Notes under the pieces: generated by a model
The model's database searches: none
Told to the model about the DNA's origin: nothing
The model's input: only the letters and a program-made list of their open reading frames with translations
Assembly: GCA_963797555.1 (NCBI GenBank)
Contig: CAWCPV010000004.1
Location: 128,001 to 192,000, forward strand
Reading direction: 5' to 3'
From: an uncultured Gammaproteobacteria bacterium
Lineage (GTDB): Bacteria; Pseudomonadota; Gammaproteobacteria; CAWCPV01
Length of the DNA: 64,000 nucleotides
Part shown: piece after piece, positions 9,584 to 21,836 of the stretch
Numbering within the stretch: position 1 is the stretch's first letter
Layout of the letters: every line of letters starts with the position of its first letter
Program-made: the position numbers and the translations under genes

Positions 9584-12500
9584 GCTTTTCCATCGCGTTG
9601 ACGCGTTCGCTGAGTTGCTCGCATTGCCTTTCCAATCGTTCGATGGCCTCTGTCGCCTTCTCTTGCTTCGCCGTCGATGCCCTGTTACGTTGGTGCTTGC
9701 CACGCTGGGCGTAGGCTCTGCCGAGCTTGCGCCTTGGTTGCCTGGAGCGATTTTATCAGCGCTCGGCGCTCAGGATTGGGAACCATCCGCTCAGGATCGG
9801 CTGGTTCGGTGGCATAGGTGCTCAAGTGGTCGATGTTGAATTCGTCCTGCAGGTATTTGAAGAAGTTCTCTTGGCGCCAACGGCCGAACATGCGATGGGC
9901 GATCTCTGCGGCAGGTAAGTCCTGCCGGGTCGTCAGGATCGCGCTCTGATGTCCGTTTTTGCATAAGCGGCGGATCTCGCGCATCCACAAGGCGGGTTGT
10001 TTGCGATTGGCAGCGATGACCTGCACGCTGCACTCGGCCAGACTATAGGTCACAGACTTACCGTGGTGCTCGACGCTTAAGGGGCGGAAGTCCTCCGGGT
10101 CCCAGGGCGTTTGTTTACCCTTGCGATACGTGATGACTTCGGCCCCTTGGCTGTGCCACTGCTGGAAGGACTGGGGGCTCCAAGCCTCACGGTCAAACAC
10201 CAAGGTCAGCGTCCGGTCGGGGCCGATCTGCTGGCGCGCCTGGGGAATGACCTCCTGCTCGATCAGCGCCAAGAGGTGTCCATTGAGGGGGCTGGTGACG
10301 AAGAACACCGGCTCGGCCGCTCCGTTATGCACCCAAACATCCGTCGAGGCGGGCAGACACTGGCGGCGTTTCTGCACCAACGTCTTAGGCAGCGGATGCT
10401 TGCGCCCCGTGTAGGCATGGACGTGACCGTCGACGTACAGTATGCCCAGCTCATCGGGCTCCCCCTGCGCCCACTGGGCGGTCAACGCCGCGGCTAGTTG
10501 CGCCGCCTGTTGGCGAACTCCCAGTTGCGCGAGCTTACGCCGCAGCGTTTTGACTTCCGGCACGCGATCCAGTCCCAGCAAGATGCCCAGCTCACCAGGC
10601 GCTCAATGCTCTTGATGCGCAACAACGCCATCATGACCAGGCACCACAGGATCGAATGCAGACCATAGAACCCGGCTTTGAGCGGCGCGTAAACACGCTC
10701 GGCGTGGCACAGCAGACCTTCACCAATCATGGCCGGTAAGGCAAGCAAGACGCCGGCGTTCGCCACGCCCTCCGCAGGCTCAAAGTGGGGGGCTGCTTCG
10801 CCGAGCATCCCTTGGCAGGCGAGGACGCGTTCCTCCAAGCGTTTGACCGCGGTACCCGCCCCGCGGGCCTGCGCGGCGTCACGCTCAGCCCGCTCGCCTG
10901 GCAAGAGCGCGGCGCGGTGTTGTCGAGGCCGCTGGCGGCGCAGCCGTCCGGTCTTGATCGCATGGCGCACCGCCGTCTCACTCACACCGAGCGCACGCGC
11001 GGCCTGCGACTGCGAGCACCCTTGGTCCAAGCACGCCTGAGCGATCGGCAAAACCTCATCGGTGAGCTTAATGCCCACGACGCGGCGCACCATGGCCTCG
11101 GCCATCGCGTATGGCATCAAGACCCCCTTCGCGATACAGCGTCTGGTTGCGAAATACCGTCGAGCGGTGAACACCCAACACCGCCGCCAAGTCCTCACCC
11201 TTCGCTAAACCCTGCGTCATGAACACCGCCCCGAGGTAACGCTTAGCCGTCGTATCCGTACGCGCGCAGCTCATCAACGGACCGGAGGCATTCATGAACA
11301 CGAGTTCCTTGGGCGTTTCGATGACCGTCAACCGCAAACCCAATGTCACAGCCTGTTCGGGCAGCAGGGGAAGCTCAATGGTGCCTGGCATAGCATTCCT
11401 CTGGTCTCGTATTTATATTTCGATACCAGCATCGATTATAGCGCCTTCTCAATCGGTTAGGTAGCGCATGTCAGGAGTTCTGCAGTGGAAGTCAGTGAGC
11501 TGCTCCCAGGTCCAGTCGTGGGCGTCTTTGAGCCAGGTCCAGCGGGTGCCTCTGAGGGCGGGCTCGGTCTTGATCTCCTGGCGGCGCACCGCGTCGACCG
11601 CCTCGTTGGCGAGCTTGATCACGTGGAAGGCATCGAAGCTCACCGTGGCCTGGGGCAGGTGCCTGGCCACCCCGGCGCGGTAGGCGGCGGACAGGTCGAT
11701 GCACACCTGCTCGATGGCCTGCGGGTCGCCGCCGTGCGCCTTGAGGTCGGCGGCGAAGGCCGCCACGGTGCTCTGGTCGCGGCCCTCGCAGGCGAACAGC
11801 AGGCGTTTTCCCGTGAGGTCATGGAACAGGCTGATGTAGTGCTGTTCACGCCGGGCAGCGGTCTCGTCCAGGCCCACAGCGCTCACCTGCGAGTGGTCCT
11901 CCTGAGCGCGGGCACTGCCTACGTAGTGATCGAGCACCCCCCACAGGCGCTCATCGCCCACACCCAGGTGCCGAGCCACGGTCGCCACCGGCATGGCCTG
12001 GCACAGCGTGACCACCAGCGCCTCCATCAGCGCCGTGAAGCCACTGTGTGCGCGCGCCCACGGCGCTTCGACCTGGGTCGTCTTGCCGCAGGCCTCGCAG
12101 CGCACCCGCGGCAGATGCGCGTGCAGGTACGCCCGTGACTTAAAGAAGCTCAGGTGCTGCCAACTGCGCTCCCGGGTGTCGTGCACCGGCTGGCCTTGCA
12201 CTCCGCAGGCCGGGCAGGCAAAGCGGCTGCCCTTGGCAAACGCCACATCGAGGTCGATGCGCCCAGCCTCGGGGTCGAAGCGCACGTCGGTGACCTCCCA
12301 AGGCACCGTCAGGCCCAGTGCCGTGGTAAACAGATGCGTGGGCCGCACGGTGCTCCCCCCCTTGGATGACGGCCTGTGGATTTGTGGACGAGTCCTGCGG
12401 AGCGGCCCCACGCGAGGGCCTCTCGCCCACCACCCCAACCACAAGATGTGTTGTGATAAGCGAAAGCAGATGCTACTTGACTACCACGACCCACACAATT

Positions 12501-13410
12501 GCCGAAAGAGCCTGAACAAGCCCACGGTCGAGGCGGCGTTGATGGTGTCGTGCGAATCGCACCACCGGCGCCAAGCGCTTGAGGTCAATCGCCCCATTGA
12601 TGTTGAGCCGGCGACGCCCGGTGTTGCTCGGGATGGCACGCTCCTCGCCGCGCTTGATCCAGCCGTAGCCCAACACCGGATTGTGCTGCGGGTGAACAGC
12701 ATCGACGAAGTAGATCGCATCGTTCGGGCCTTGGTGCTCCTTGAGGCGCGCGTAGTCATCGAGAAACGCCCGCTGGGCTCCAGCGTCGGCCTTGCCCGGC
12801 AACTAGCTTGGGCTTTTTATAGACGTAGCCGAGGCGGTGCAGCAGGGCAGTCATCCCGCTTTCGCTGTAGCACACGCCAAAGTGCTGCTCGACCCAGTGC
12901 GCCACCTCCTTGGCCGTGAGGTAGAGCGTGCACTGCAAGTGGGCGTCTAAAAGCGCTCGCTCGGCGCTATCCAGCCACGCCTCACCCCCACTGTAGGCCA
13001 TGTGCACCAGATGCTCGATGCCGCCCTCTTGGTAGCGCTTGAAATAGGCCCTCGCGGTATCGGCTTCCATCAGCAAAGCCTCCGCTGCCTGTTCGGCAGA
13101 CCAGCCGGACCCAAGCAAAATAACGACATTGAGTCGATACGCCGCGCGCTTGTCGCGCGTACGTCGGTGTTCAGCACGCAGTTGCGCAAAGTTCTGATTG
13201 CCCTAACCGGTAGTCGATCATGCCCACAAGCATACACTCACTTTCAGTGACTTACATCCTCTGTCTAAACCGAAGTCTGGAATGAGACTGGTATAGCGCT
13301 CGTCGAAGTCGAAGAATCCGGGCTCGGGCATCGCTTCGTTCCTCGTCAGGGACCGACTGGCGCCCGTCTACCGGACAGCCGCCCGCAGTGGCAATTTTTC
13401 GAGGTGCCCT

Positions 13411-15231
<1,821 letters not shown>

Positions 15232-15280
15232 GGGAGAGCAGTCGGTGCCGGGAACCCCTTATTGTAATCCAGAAAGACTC

Positions 15281-15305
15281 GCTCACGTGAGCTTTCACGT
15301 GAAAG
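15281..15305. promoter_or_regulatory. Tandem perfect palindromes with CACGTG cores upstream of typA (second is parS-like)
   Basis: GCTCACGTGAGC (15281-15292) and CTTTCACGTGAAAG (15292-15305); possible -10 TACAAT on the minus strand at 15261-15266. Confidence 0.4.
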
Positions 15306-15533
15306 AAACGGCTTCCTGGGCGTGAGGGGCGTGGCCGATGAAGGCTACGGCGGAGTGTAAAGCGTTCAGGCTGGGGCTGGCAGGAAGCCGCAGCGCCTCA
15401 AGGACTCGATGTGACTCAGGGGCAAGTGACGGCCCAGGCTGTTGCGCTCATTCCTTCAGGCTGTCAGTCGCCCTCAGGCACTCCCGACGGCCCAGTCCAC
15501 GACCCCAGCAGCAGATTTGTGCGACAACTCCGT

Positions 15534-16470
15534 TCAAAACCAGAAGGAGGTCCCCTTGAGTAGAAACTCCACATAATGCATGTAGTGCGATCCGTCGCAG
15601 GAAAAGGTCAAGCTAACCATACCGTTGAAGATATTTATCGAAGACGTTCCGCAAATAGATCGTCTCGTCGGCGATGCGCAGCTCCCGCATAGTGTCCAGA
15701 ATCCGGGCTATGTCTGGTGGTCGTATCAACGCATCGGCCGGATAGGGCCGCACCGGGTAGACCAGACAAATGTCCGGGTCTGTCATCGCTTCGCGATCCA
15801 GTATTCGATAGCGGAAGGGATCGTCCACCACCCAGATCGTGGCCTGGCTGCTTGAAAAATGAACCTGACACTGGAATACTCCGCGTTCCCTCACCAGTTC
15901 CTCGAGGATGGATAACGCCAGATCGAGATTGCGGTCCATCGGACTTTCGACTCGGGCCTGTTGAAAAACAGTCCCCCTGATGGCAGGGTCACCCTTGACC
16001 TGCCGCCAGTAGCCCGGTTCCTCATAGAGCTCCGACGTTACGGGCAGATTACGCAGGTCGAAATCCGCGCCCAGATAACCCAGAGTGCCAGTGTCGGAGC
16101 GAACGATTTGCAGCGCGGTGAGTGACGGCCGCCGCTCGGACAGGCTGATGTAGGCGTCAGACAAGAGGTAGCCCCAGGGGGGGATTGGCTCGTTCATATA
16201 GGGGCGCTGCGACCGGTCGCGTCCGTGATGCTCGCGCAAGAGTCCTGAGCTGCCCACGTTGTCGCTGATCTGTACGCCGTCGGTCCCGATCACATACAAA
16301 TACGTACAATAGGGAACGCCCGAGAATCCGTCCACGAGGATCTCGTTCAGCTTATCCCGCTCGCCCCAAACTGCAGCGCATCTCTCAGCCAGCCGTGTCA
16401 GCGGTTCGCGAAGGATCCGCGCCAGTTCTTCACGTTGCCGATAGATACTGTCTTTCCATGAAAGTCCCAT
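15534..16470 (-). pseudogene. PDC/Cache-like sensor-domain conserved protein, frameshift near C-terminus (~15648)
   Basis: GRDRSQRPY, SDAYIS, LGADFDLR motifs; a shifted frame continues SSINIFNGMVSLTFSCDGSHYM to a stop at 15534. Confidence 0.6.
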
Positions 16471-17352
16471 CACCTTATCCTGACATGCGATATTGTTGCC
16501 ATTGCTTCTCATCGGTCTGCATCACGGGGCCGGCCGACGACACGTGACATGAAATCAGAGCCAGACGTGGAAGCGTGCCGCCGAATGCTCCAAGGCCGCG
16601 ATCAGAGACTGATTGACGAGACGAAGCTATACGCGCTATCGCCGCGCTCACAGACACCCCTCCCTGGGCAGAGGCCCAAGGGGCGGCGAGGCACCTCATC
16701 AAAGGCCGCGGCAGACGGGATGCCGGCTGGGGGTACCCCAGCGCCTGCAGGGCTTCCACCAAGGCGTGAATCAGCGCCGTCGACGCGAGTGCCGACTGGG
16801 AGCTACGGGAGCGCACACCAAATACATGAAGCAGCACCGCCGCGCGGAGATCACCACCATTCTGGCCGCGGTTCTCAGCTATCGACTATATTCTTGGCTC
16901 TATAAGTCGACCGCAATCGGGCGATGACAATCATTAGGCATTAGGCAGGACCAAACGATAATGGTTCCCTGCGCTTCATCCGGGCCTCGGCCGCAGTGCT
17001 GCGGGATGCATCGCTAGCCTCGTCCCTCGTAGTCGAGACGATGTGGGACGAGATCGCGCCGGCCCCGTACCGCGCGGGGAATAGAGGCAGAGGACGCGGG
17101 TCCCGTAACATGACTTGGGGCGGGGAACTGTGCTGGTTCCAAGTCAGACTGTGCACGCGCCCCTCGGCGCAACGATTTCCCCGCGGCGCCGGACACCGGC
17201 AATGAAGAACGCTGAAACGACCGTTCACGCCCTACTTCCTGACCACAGGGGTCGGCCTATCCGAGGAGTAACGACCCTCGTCGTCAGGCAAGGCACTCTG
17301 CACCGCCTCGACGAAGGGCAACGTCAGCGCACCAAACCGCGAGGAAGTAAAG

Positions 17353-18868
17353 GGTTCTTACCGGAATCGTGTGGGTAGATATGCCTTACGCTGCGGCAGC
17401 CTCTGCCTGAGGTCTGACACAAGATCGTGTGTTGAACGGCGAGGCCGGCAAGTGGGCCAGGTTGCCCGCGATGAGGTAGGCGATGGTGATGAGCGAGTGC
17501 GTGGTGCGGTAGCCCCGGGCGCGGGCTTTGGCGGCCTGGATGAGGGAGTTGATGCCCTCGGCGCGGCCGTTGGTGAGGCCGGAGTCGAACGCGGCGAGCA
17601 CACCGTCCCAGTGGTCTTTCAGGGTAGTGGCGAGGTGTTTCATGGGTTGCAGGCGGCTACGCCGTGCCCAGCTATACCAGCGCGTGAGCGCGGTCTCGGC
17701 CTGCTCGAGGGTGCTGGCCGTGGCGTAGATATCGCGCAGCGCCTCCTTGAGGCGCCAGGCGCGGGCGGTCTTGAGCCGGGCGCGGGAGAGCCAGTGAAAG
17801 TCGGTGAGCTGCTCCCAGGTCCAGTCGTGGGCGTCTTTGAGCCAGGTCCAGCGGGTGCCTCTGAGGGCGGGCTCGGTCTTGACCTCCTCGCGGTGCACTG
17901 TATCGACGGCCTGGTTGGCGAGCTGGATGACATGGAAGGCATCGAAGCTCACCGTGGCTTTAGGCAGATGCTTGGTCACCCCGGCGAGATAAGCGGCGGA
18001 CAGGTCGATGCACACCTGCTCGATGGCCTGCGGGTCGCCCCCGTGCGCCTGGAGGTCGGCGGCAAAGGCCGCCACGGTGCTCCGGTCGCGGCCCTCGCAG
18101 GCGAACAGCAGGCGTTTGCCCGTGAGGTCATGGAACAGGCTGATGTAGTGCTGCCCACGCCGGGCGGCGGTCTCGTCCAGGCCCACGGCGCGCACCGGGG
18201 AGTGGTCCTCCTGGGCGCGGGCCGCCTCCACGTAGTGCTCGAGCACCCCCCACAGGCGCTCATCGCCCACGCCCAGGTGCCGGGCGACGGTCGCCACCGG
18301 CATCGCCTGGCACAGCGTCACCACCAGTGCCTCCATCAGCGCCGTGAAGCCACTCTGTGCGCGCGCCCACGGCGGCTCGACCTGAGTCGTCTTGCCGCAG
18401 CTCTCACAGCGCACTCGCGGCAGATGCGCGTGCAGGTCTGCCCGCGACTTAAAGAAGCTCAGGTGCTGCCAGCTGCGCTTGCGGGTATCATGCACCGGCT
18501 GGCCTGGCACTCCGCACGCCGGGCAGGCGAAGCGGCTCCCCTTGGCAAAGGCCACCTCGAGGTCGATGCGCCCAGCCTCGGGGTCAAAGCGTACGCCGGT
18601 GACTTCCCAAGGCGCCGTGAGGCCCAGTGCCGTCGTGAATAGATGCGTTGGCTCCATGGCGCTCCCCCCTTGATGGCCTGTGGATTTGTGGACGAGTCCT
18701 GCGGAGCGGCCCGCGTCCCAAGGACCGTGTGGACAACCTCCCGGTTGCCCACACTCGCGGGCCTCTCGCCCACAACCCCACAGGCCCAACCACAAGATGT
18801 TGTGATAGACGATTGCTCAGAACGGATGCTACTCGACCACCACGATCCACACAATTACCGAAAGAGCC
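17353..18868 (-). mobile_element. ISL3-family element (subtype A), intact
   Basis: Near-identical to 8069-9583 in inverted orientation; AAGTAAAG duplication at 17345-17352 and 18869-18876. Confidence 0.95.
17386..18657 (-). CDS. ISL3-family transposase (423 aa)
   Basis: Uninterrupted ORF, only a few substitutions relative to 8280..9551. Confidence 0.92.
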   Translation of the reverse strand: MEPTHLFTTALGLTAPWEVTGVRFDPEAGRIDLEVAFAKGSRFACPACGVPGQPVHDTRKRSWQHLSFFKSRADLHAHLPRVRCESCGKTTQVEPPWARAQSGFTALMEALVVTLCQAMPVATVARHLGVGDERLWGVLEHYVEAARAQEDHSPVRAVGLDETAARRGQHYISLFHDLTGKRLLFACEGRDRSTVAAFAADLQAHGGDPQAIEQVCIDLSAAYLAGVTKHLPKATVSFDAFHVIQLANQAVDTVHREEVKTEPALRGTRWTWLKDAHDWTWEQLTDFHWLSRARLKTARAWRLKEALRDIYATASTLEQAETALTRWYSWARRSRLQPMKHLATTLKDHWDGVLAAFDSGLTNGRAEGINSLIQAAKARARGYRTTHSLITIAYLIAGNLAHLPASPFNTRSCVRPQAEAAAA

Positions 18869-19130
18869 AAGTAAAGGCGCGGCTGAAACTCCGCCAGGAG
18901 GCGCAAGGAGTCAGCGCTTGTAAGAAATCGGCGCCCATGAGGACATCAAGCATCCTCATGGGCGCGTGTCTCCGCCATGTGCACGTTGGCGCGTGCGCAT
19001 GCTCCTGTTACGCTCGGCCTCCAGCCGTCCAACAGTCGGTGGCATAGAAGCCTCACCGATCCAGTTTTCGGAAAGTACAGACAAAGTCATTCGTATACCA
19101 CCCCGACGGCGGGCGGGCACGATTAACGCG

Positions 19131-19451
19131 CTAGCTGGCGGCTAATTCCTCAAGGGACTTGTCCGAGGCCAGCCACTCCTTGATCCAATTAGGCTGCCGG
19201 CCTTGCCCAGCCCACGTCTTGTTGGGGTCCTCGGGATGGCGATACTTCACGCGTTTTTCCGGACGCCCTTTCGCCTTGCCGACGCGTGAGGGTTCGACCA
19301 GCTCGCTCAGGGAAAACCCGTGCTGCTGGGCGAGCTTCTTGATCTCGGCCAGAGTCTCCTTCTTGCTCTCCTTGCGCCGTTTCTTGATCTCGGTCTCCGC
19401 GTCTTGGGCAAGGGCTTGCAGCTGTTTAATGCTCAGCTTGGATAAGTTCAT
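19131..19451 (-). CDS. hns: H-NS family nucleoid-associated protein
   Basis: N-terminal coiled coil and C-terminal KYRHPEDPNKTWAGQGRQPNW (TWxGxGRxP core); AAGGAG RBS. Confidence 0.9.
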   Translation of the reverse strand: MNLSKLSIKQLQALAQDAETEIKKRRKESKKETLAEIKKLAQQHGFSLSELVEPSRVGKAKGRPEKRVKYRHPEDPNKTWAGQGRQPNWIKEWLASDKSLEELAAS

Positions 19452-19591
19452 GACGGCTCCTTCTTGAAGGTTCTCGGGTTTGCTGAACAACGCAGTGAGG
19501 TTTTATTCTAAATCGAAACGGCAGATTTGCAAGGGTATCCACCGAGGTCCTCAGCAGGACCACGCGGGAAGATTGACTCAAGGTGATTAGT

Positions 19592-21034
19592 GGCTCTTTC
19601 GGCAATTGTGTGGGTCGTGGTAGTCAAGTAGCATCTGCTTTCGCTTATCACAACACATCTTGTGGTTGGGGTGGTGGGCGAGAGGCCCTCGCGTGGGGCC
19701 GCTCCGCAGGACTCGTCCACAAATCCACAGGTCGTCATCCAAGGGGGGAGCACCGTGCGGCCCACGCATCTGTTTACCACGGCACTGGGCCTGACGGTGC
19801 CTTGGGAGGTCACCGACGTGCGCTTCGACCCCGAGGCTGGGCGCATCGACCTCGATGTGGCGTTTGCCAAGGGCAGCCGCTTTGCCTGCCCGGCCTGCGG
19901 AGTGCAAGGCCAGCCGGTGCACGACACCCGGGAGCGCAGTTGGCAGCACCTGAGCTTCTTTAAGTCACGGGCGTACCTGCACGCGCATCTGCCGCGGGTG
20001 CGCTGCGAGGCCTGCGGCAAGACGACCCAGGTCGAAGCGCCGTGGGCGCGCGCACACAGTGGCTTCACGGCGCTGATGGAGGCGCTGGTGGTCACGCTGT
20101 GCCAGGCCCTGCCGGTGGCGACCGTGGCTCGGCACCTGGGTGTGGGCGATGAGCGCCTGTGGGGGGTGCTCGATCACTACGTAGGCAGTGCCCGCGCTCA
20201 GGAGGACCACTCGCAGGTGAGCGCTGTGGGCCTGGACGAGACCGCTGCCCGGCGTGAACAGCACTACATCAGCCTGTTCCATGACCTCACGGGAAAACGC
20301 CTGCTGTTCGCCTGCGAGGGCCGCGACCAGAGCACCGTGGCGGCCTTCGCCGCCGACCTCAAGGCGCACGGCGGCGACCCGCAGGCCATCGAGCAGGTGT
20401 GCATCGACCTGTCCGCCGCCTACCGCGCCGGGGTGGCCAGGCACCTGCCCCAGGCCACGGTGAGCTTCGATGCCTTCCACGTGATCAAGCTCGCCAACGA
20501 GGCGGTCGACGCGGTGCGCCGCCAGGAGATCAAGACCGAGCCCGCCCTCAGAGGCACCCGCTGGACCTGGCTGGGACCAACTCACCGACTTCCACTGGCT
20601 CTCCCGCGCCCGCCTCAAGACCGCCCGCGCCTGGCGCCTCAAGGAGGCGCTGCGCGATATCTACGCCACGGCCAGCACCCTCGAGCAGGCCGAGAGCGCC
20701 CTCGGGCGCTGGTATAGCTGGGCACGGCTAGCCGCCTGCAGCCCATGAAACGCCTCGCCACTACCCTGAAAGAGCACTGGAACGGCATCCTCGCCGCGTT
20801 CCACTCGGGCCTCACCAACGGCCGCGCCGAGGGCATCAACTCCCTCATCCAGGCCGCCAAGGCCCGCGCCCGGGGCTACCGCACCACGCACTCGCTCATC
20901 ACCATCGCCTACCTCATCGCCGGCAATCTCGCCCACCTGCCCGCCTCGCCGCTCAACACACCCGCTGGTGTCAGAGATCAGGCAGATACCCCCGCGCCAT
21001 AGGCATTGCTACCCACACGATTCCGGAAAGAGCC
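19592..21034 (+). mobile_element. ISL3-family element (subtype B), frameshifted transposase 19755-21002, no matching TSD
   Basis: Both IRs present; near-identical to 7227-12512; small deletions at ~20572 and ~20727; flanks TGATTAGT and CAAAGATC differ. Confidence 0.9.
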
Positions 21035-21835
21035 CAAAGATCTCATGGCGATAAAGACATGCCCGCGCGTTCTGGGGGCTTTGCGCACAAAGATGGGTCT
21101 GACTTCCAAGAAGCCGGTCTTGAGCCGTCTGAAGTTGCGCTCCACGGTTTGGAGATCTTTGTAGCGGTCATCCTCTTACTTGGAAGCCGAGCAAAACGAG
21201 CTTGGGGCCTATGGCTATAATCGTGATGGCAAGAAAGGCAAGCAACAGATCGTTATCGGATTGCTCGCCGCCAAAGATGGCGAGCCCCTCAGCGTAGACG
21301 TCTTCGATGGCAATACCACCGACCCCCAGACGCTCGGCTCTCCAGTGCAGAAGCTCACCGAGCGCTTCCACGTGAAAGAGGTGGTTCTAGTGGGCGATCG
21401 GGGCATGATCGGCCCAAGGCAAGGAGCGCCTGAACCAAGCGCATCTCAAGTACATTACGGCACTCACCGACCCGCAAATTCGCAAACTCATCAAGCAAGA
21501 CGTCCTTCAGCCCGATCTCTTCGATGAGCACGTGGTGGAAGTCCGTTACCAGGACAAGCGCCTGATTTTGCGTCGTGATCCGGCGACCCAACACAAGGAG
21601 CGTCATCGCCGCGAGGACAAGCTGCAGCGCTTGATGGGGCTGGTGGAACAGCGCAACGGCTTCGCTTTCAATACAATAACAGCCGTCCAGTAGCTCGGCG
21701 TCCTGCTTGGCTTGCGCATCGATTTGTAATTCGAGGGTTCGGCCGTTCGGTGTCAAGTGGACAAACCCGGCGTTGCGCAGTCGCCCCGAGCCAAGCCCGA
21801 GGCGGGATTGAAAAACCTGCAAGGCTGGGCACGTC
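21035..21835. pseudogene. Scrambled IS1634-family transposase remnant
   Basis: Plus strand 21171-21662: SSYLE, GYNRDGKKG, VGDRGMI. Minus strand flanks: LLDGCYCIES and DRYKDLQTVERNFRRLK...RPIFVR. Confidence 0.75.
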
Positions 21836-21836
21836 G

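Larger units (their letters stand above)
7671..11482 (-). mobile_element. Unclassified DDE IS with large HTH-containing transposase (frameshifted, 11391->7696), interrupted by ISL3
   Basis: 13-bp perfect IRs CAGAACTCCTGAC / GTCAGGAGTTCTG; CAGTG duplication at 7666-7670 and 11483-11487; motifs GLDRVPEVKTLRRK, YVDGH, VFDREAW, RWRQENFFKY. Confidence 0.85.
7227..12512 (-). mobile_element. ISL3-family element (subtype B), interrupted; transposase 12348->7259
   Basis: IRs GGCTCTTTCCGGAATCGTGTGGGT / ACCCACACAATTGCCGAAAGAGCC; 8-bp duplication TGAACAAG at 7219-7226 and 12513-12520; CPAC zinc finger, GLDET and TNGRAEGIN motifs. Confidence 0.92.
2057..13293 (-). mobile_element. IS630-family element, interrupted by IS5 and ISL3
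   Basis: TA duplication at 2055-2056 and 13294-13295; ends TACCCATTTAATACCAAA / GGAATGAGACTGGTA. Transposase pieces 13221-12521 (HTH, FVDAVHP) and 7226-~6885 (ICDNASYY, LPPYSPNLNLIER). Confidence 0.85.
1995..13409 (-). mobile_element. Degenerate IS5-family remnant, outermost layer of the nest (pieces ~1995-2056 and 13296-13409)
   Basis: Joining the two pieces at the TA site reproduces the 5' part of the IS5 copy at 6680-6876 (cagacgct-ata-gcgctc...gaatccgggc...atttttcgaggtgccc). The IR ends at 13409, next to the typA stop codon. Confidence 0.7.

Noticed and set aside
12756-12802. Programmed frameshift in the IS630 transposase
   Set aside because: An A-run is present and IS630 members can frameshift, but this copy has other lesions, so decay or error cannot be distinguished.
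16549-17345. Short ORFs between the sensor gene and ISL3
   Set aside because: Overlapping short frames with no recognisable motif; possibly decayed genes, but nothing supportable.
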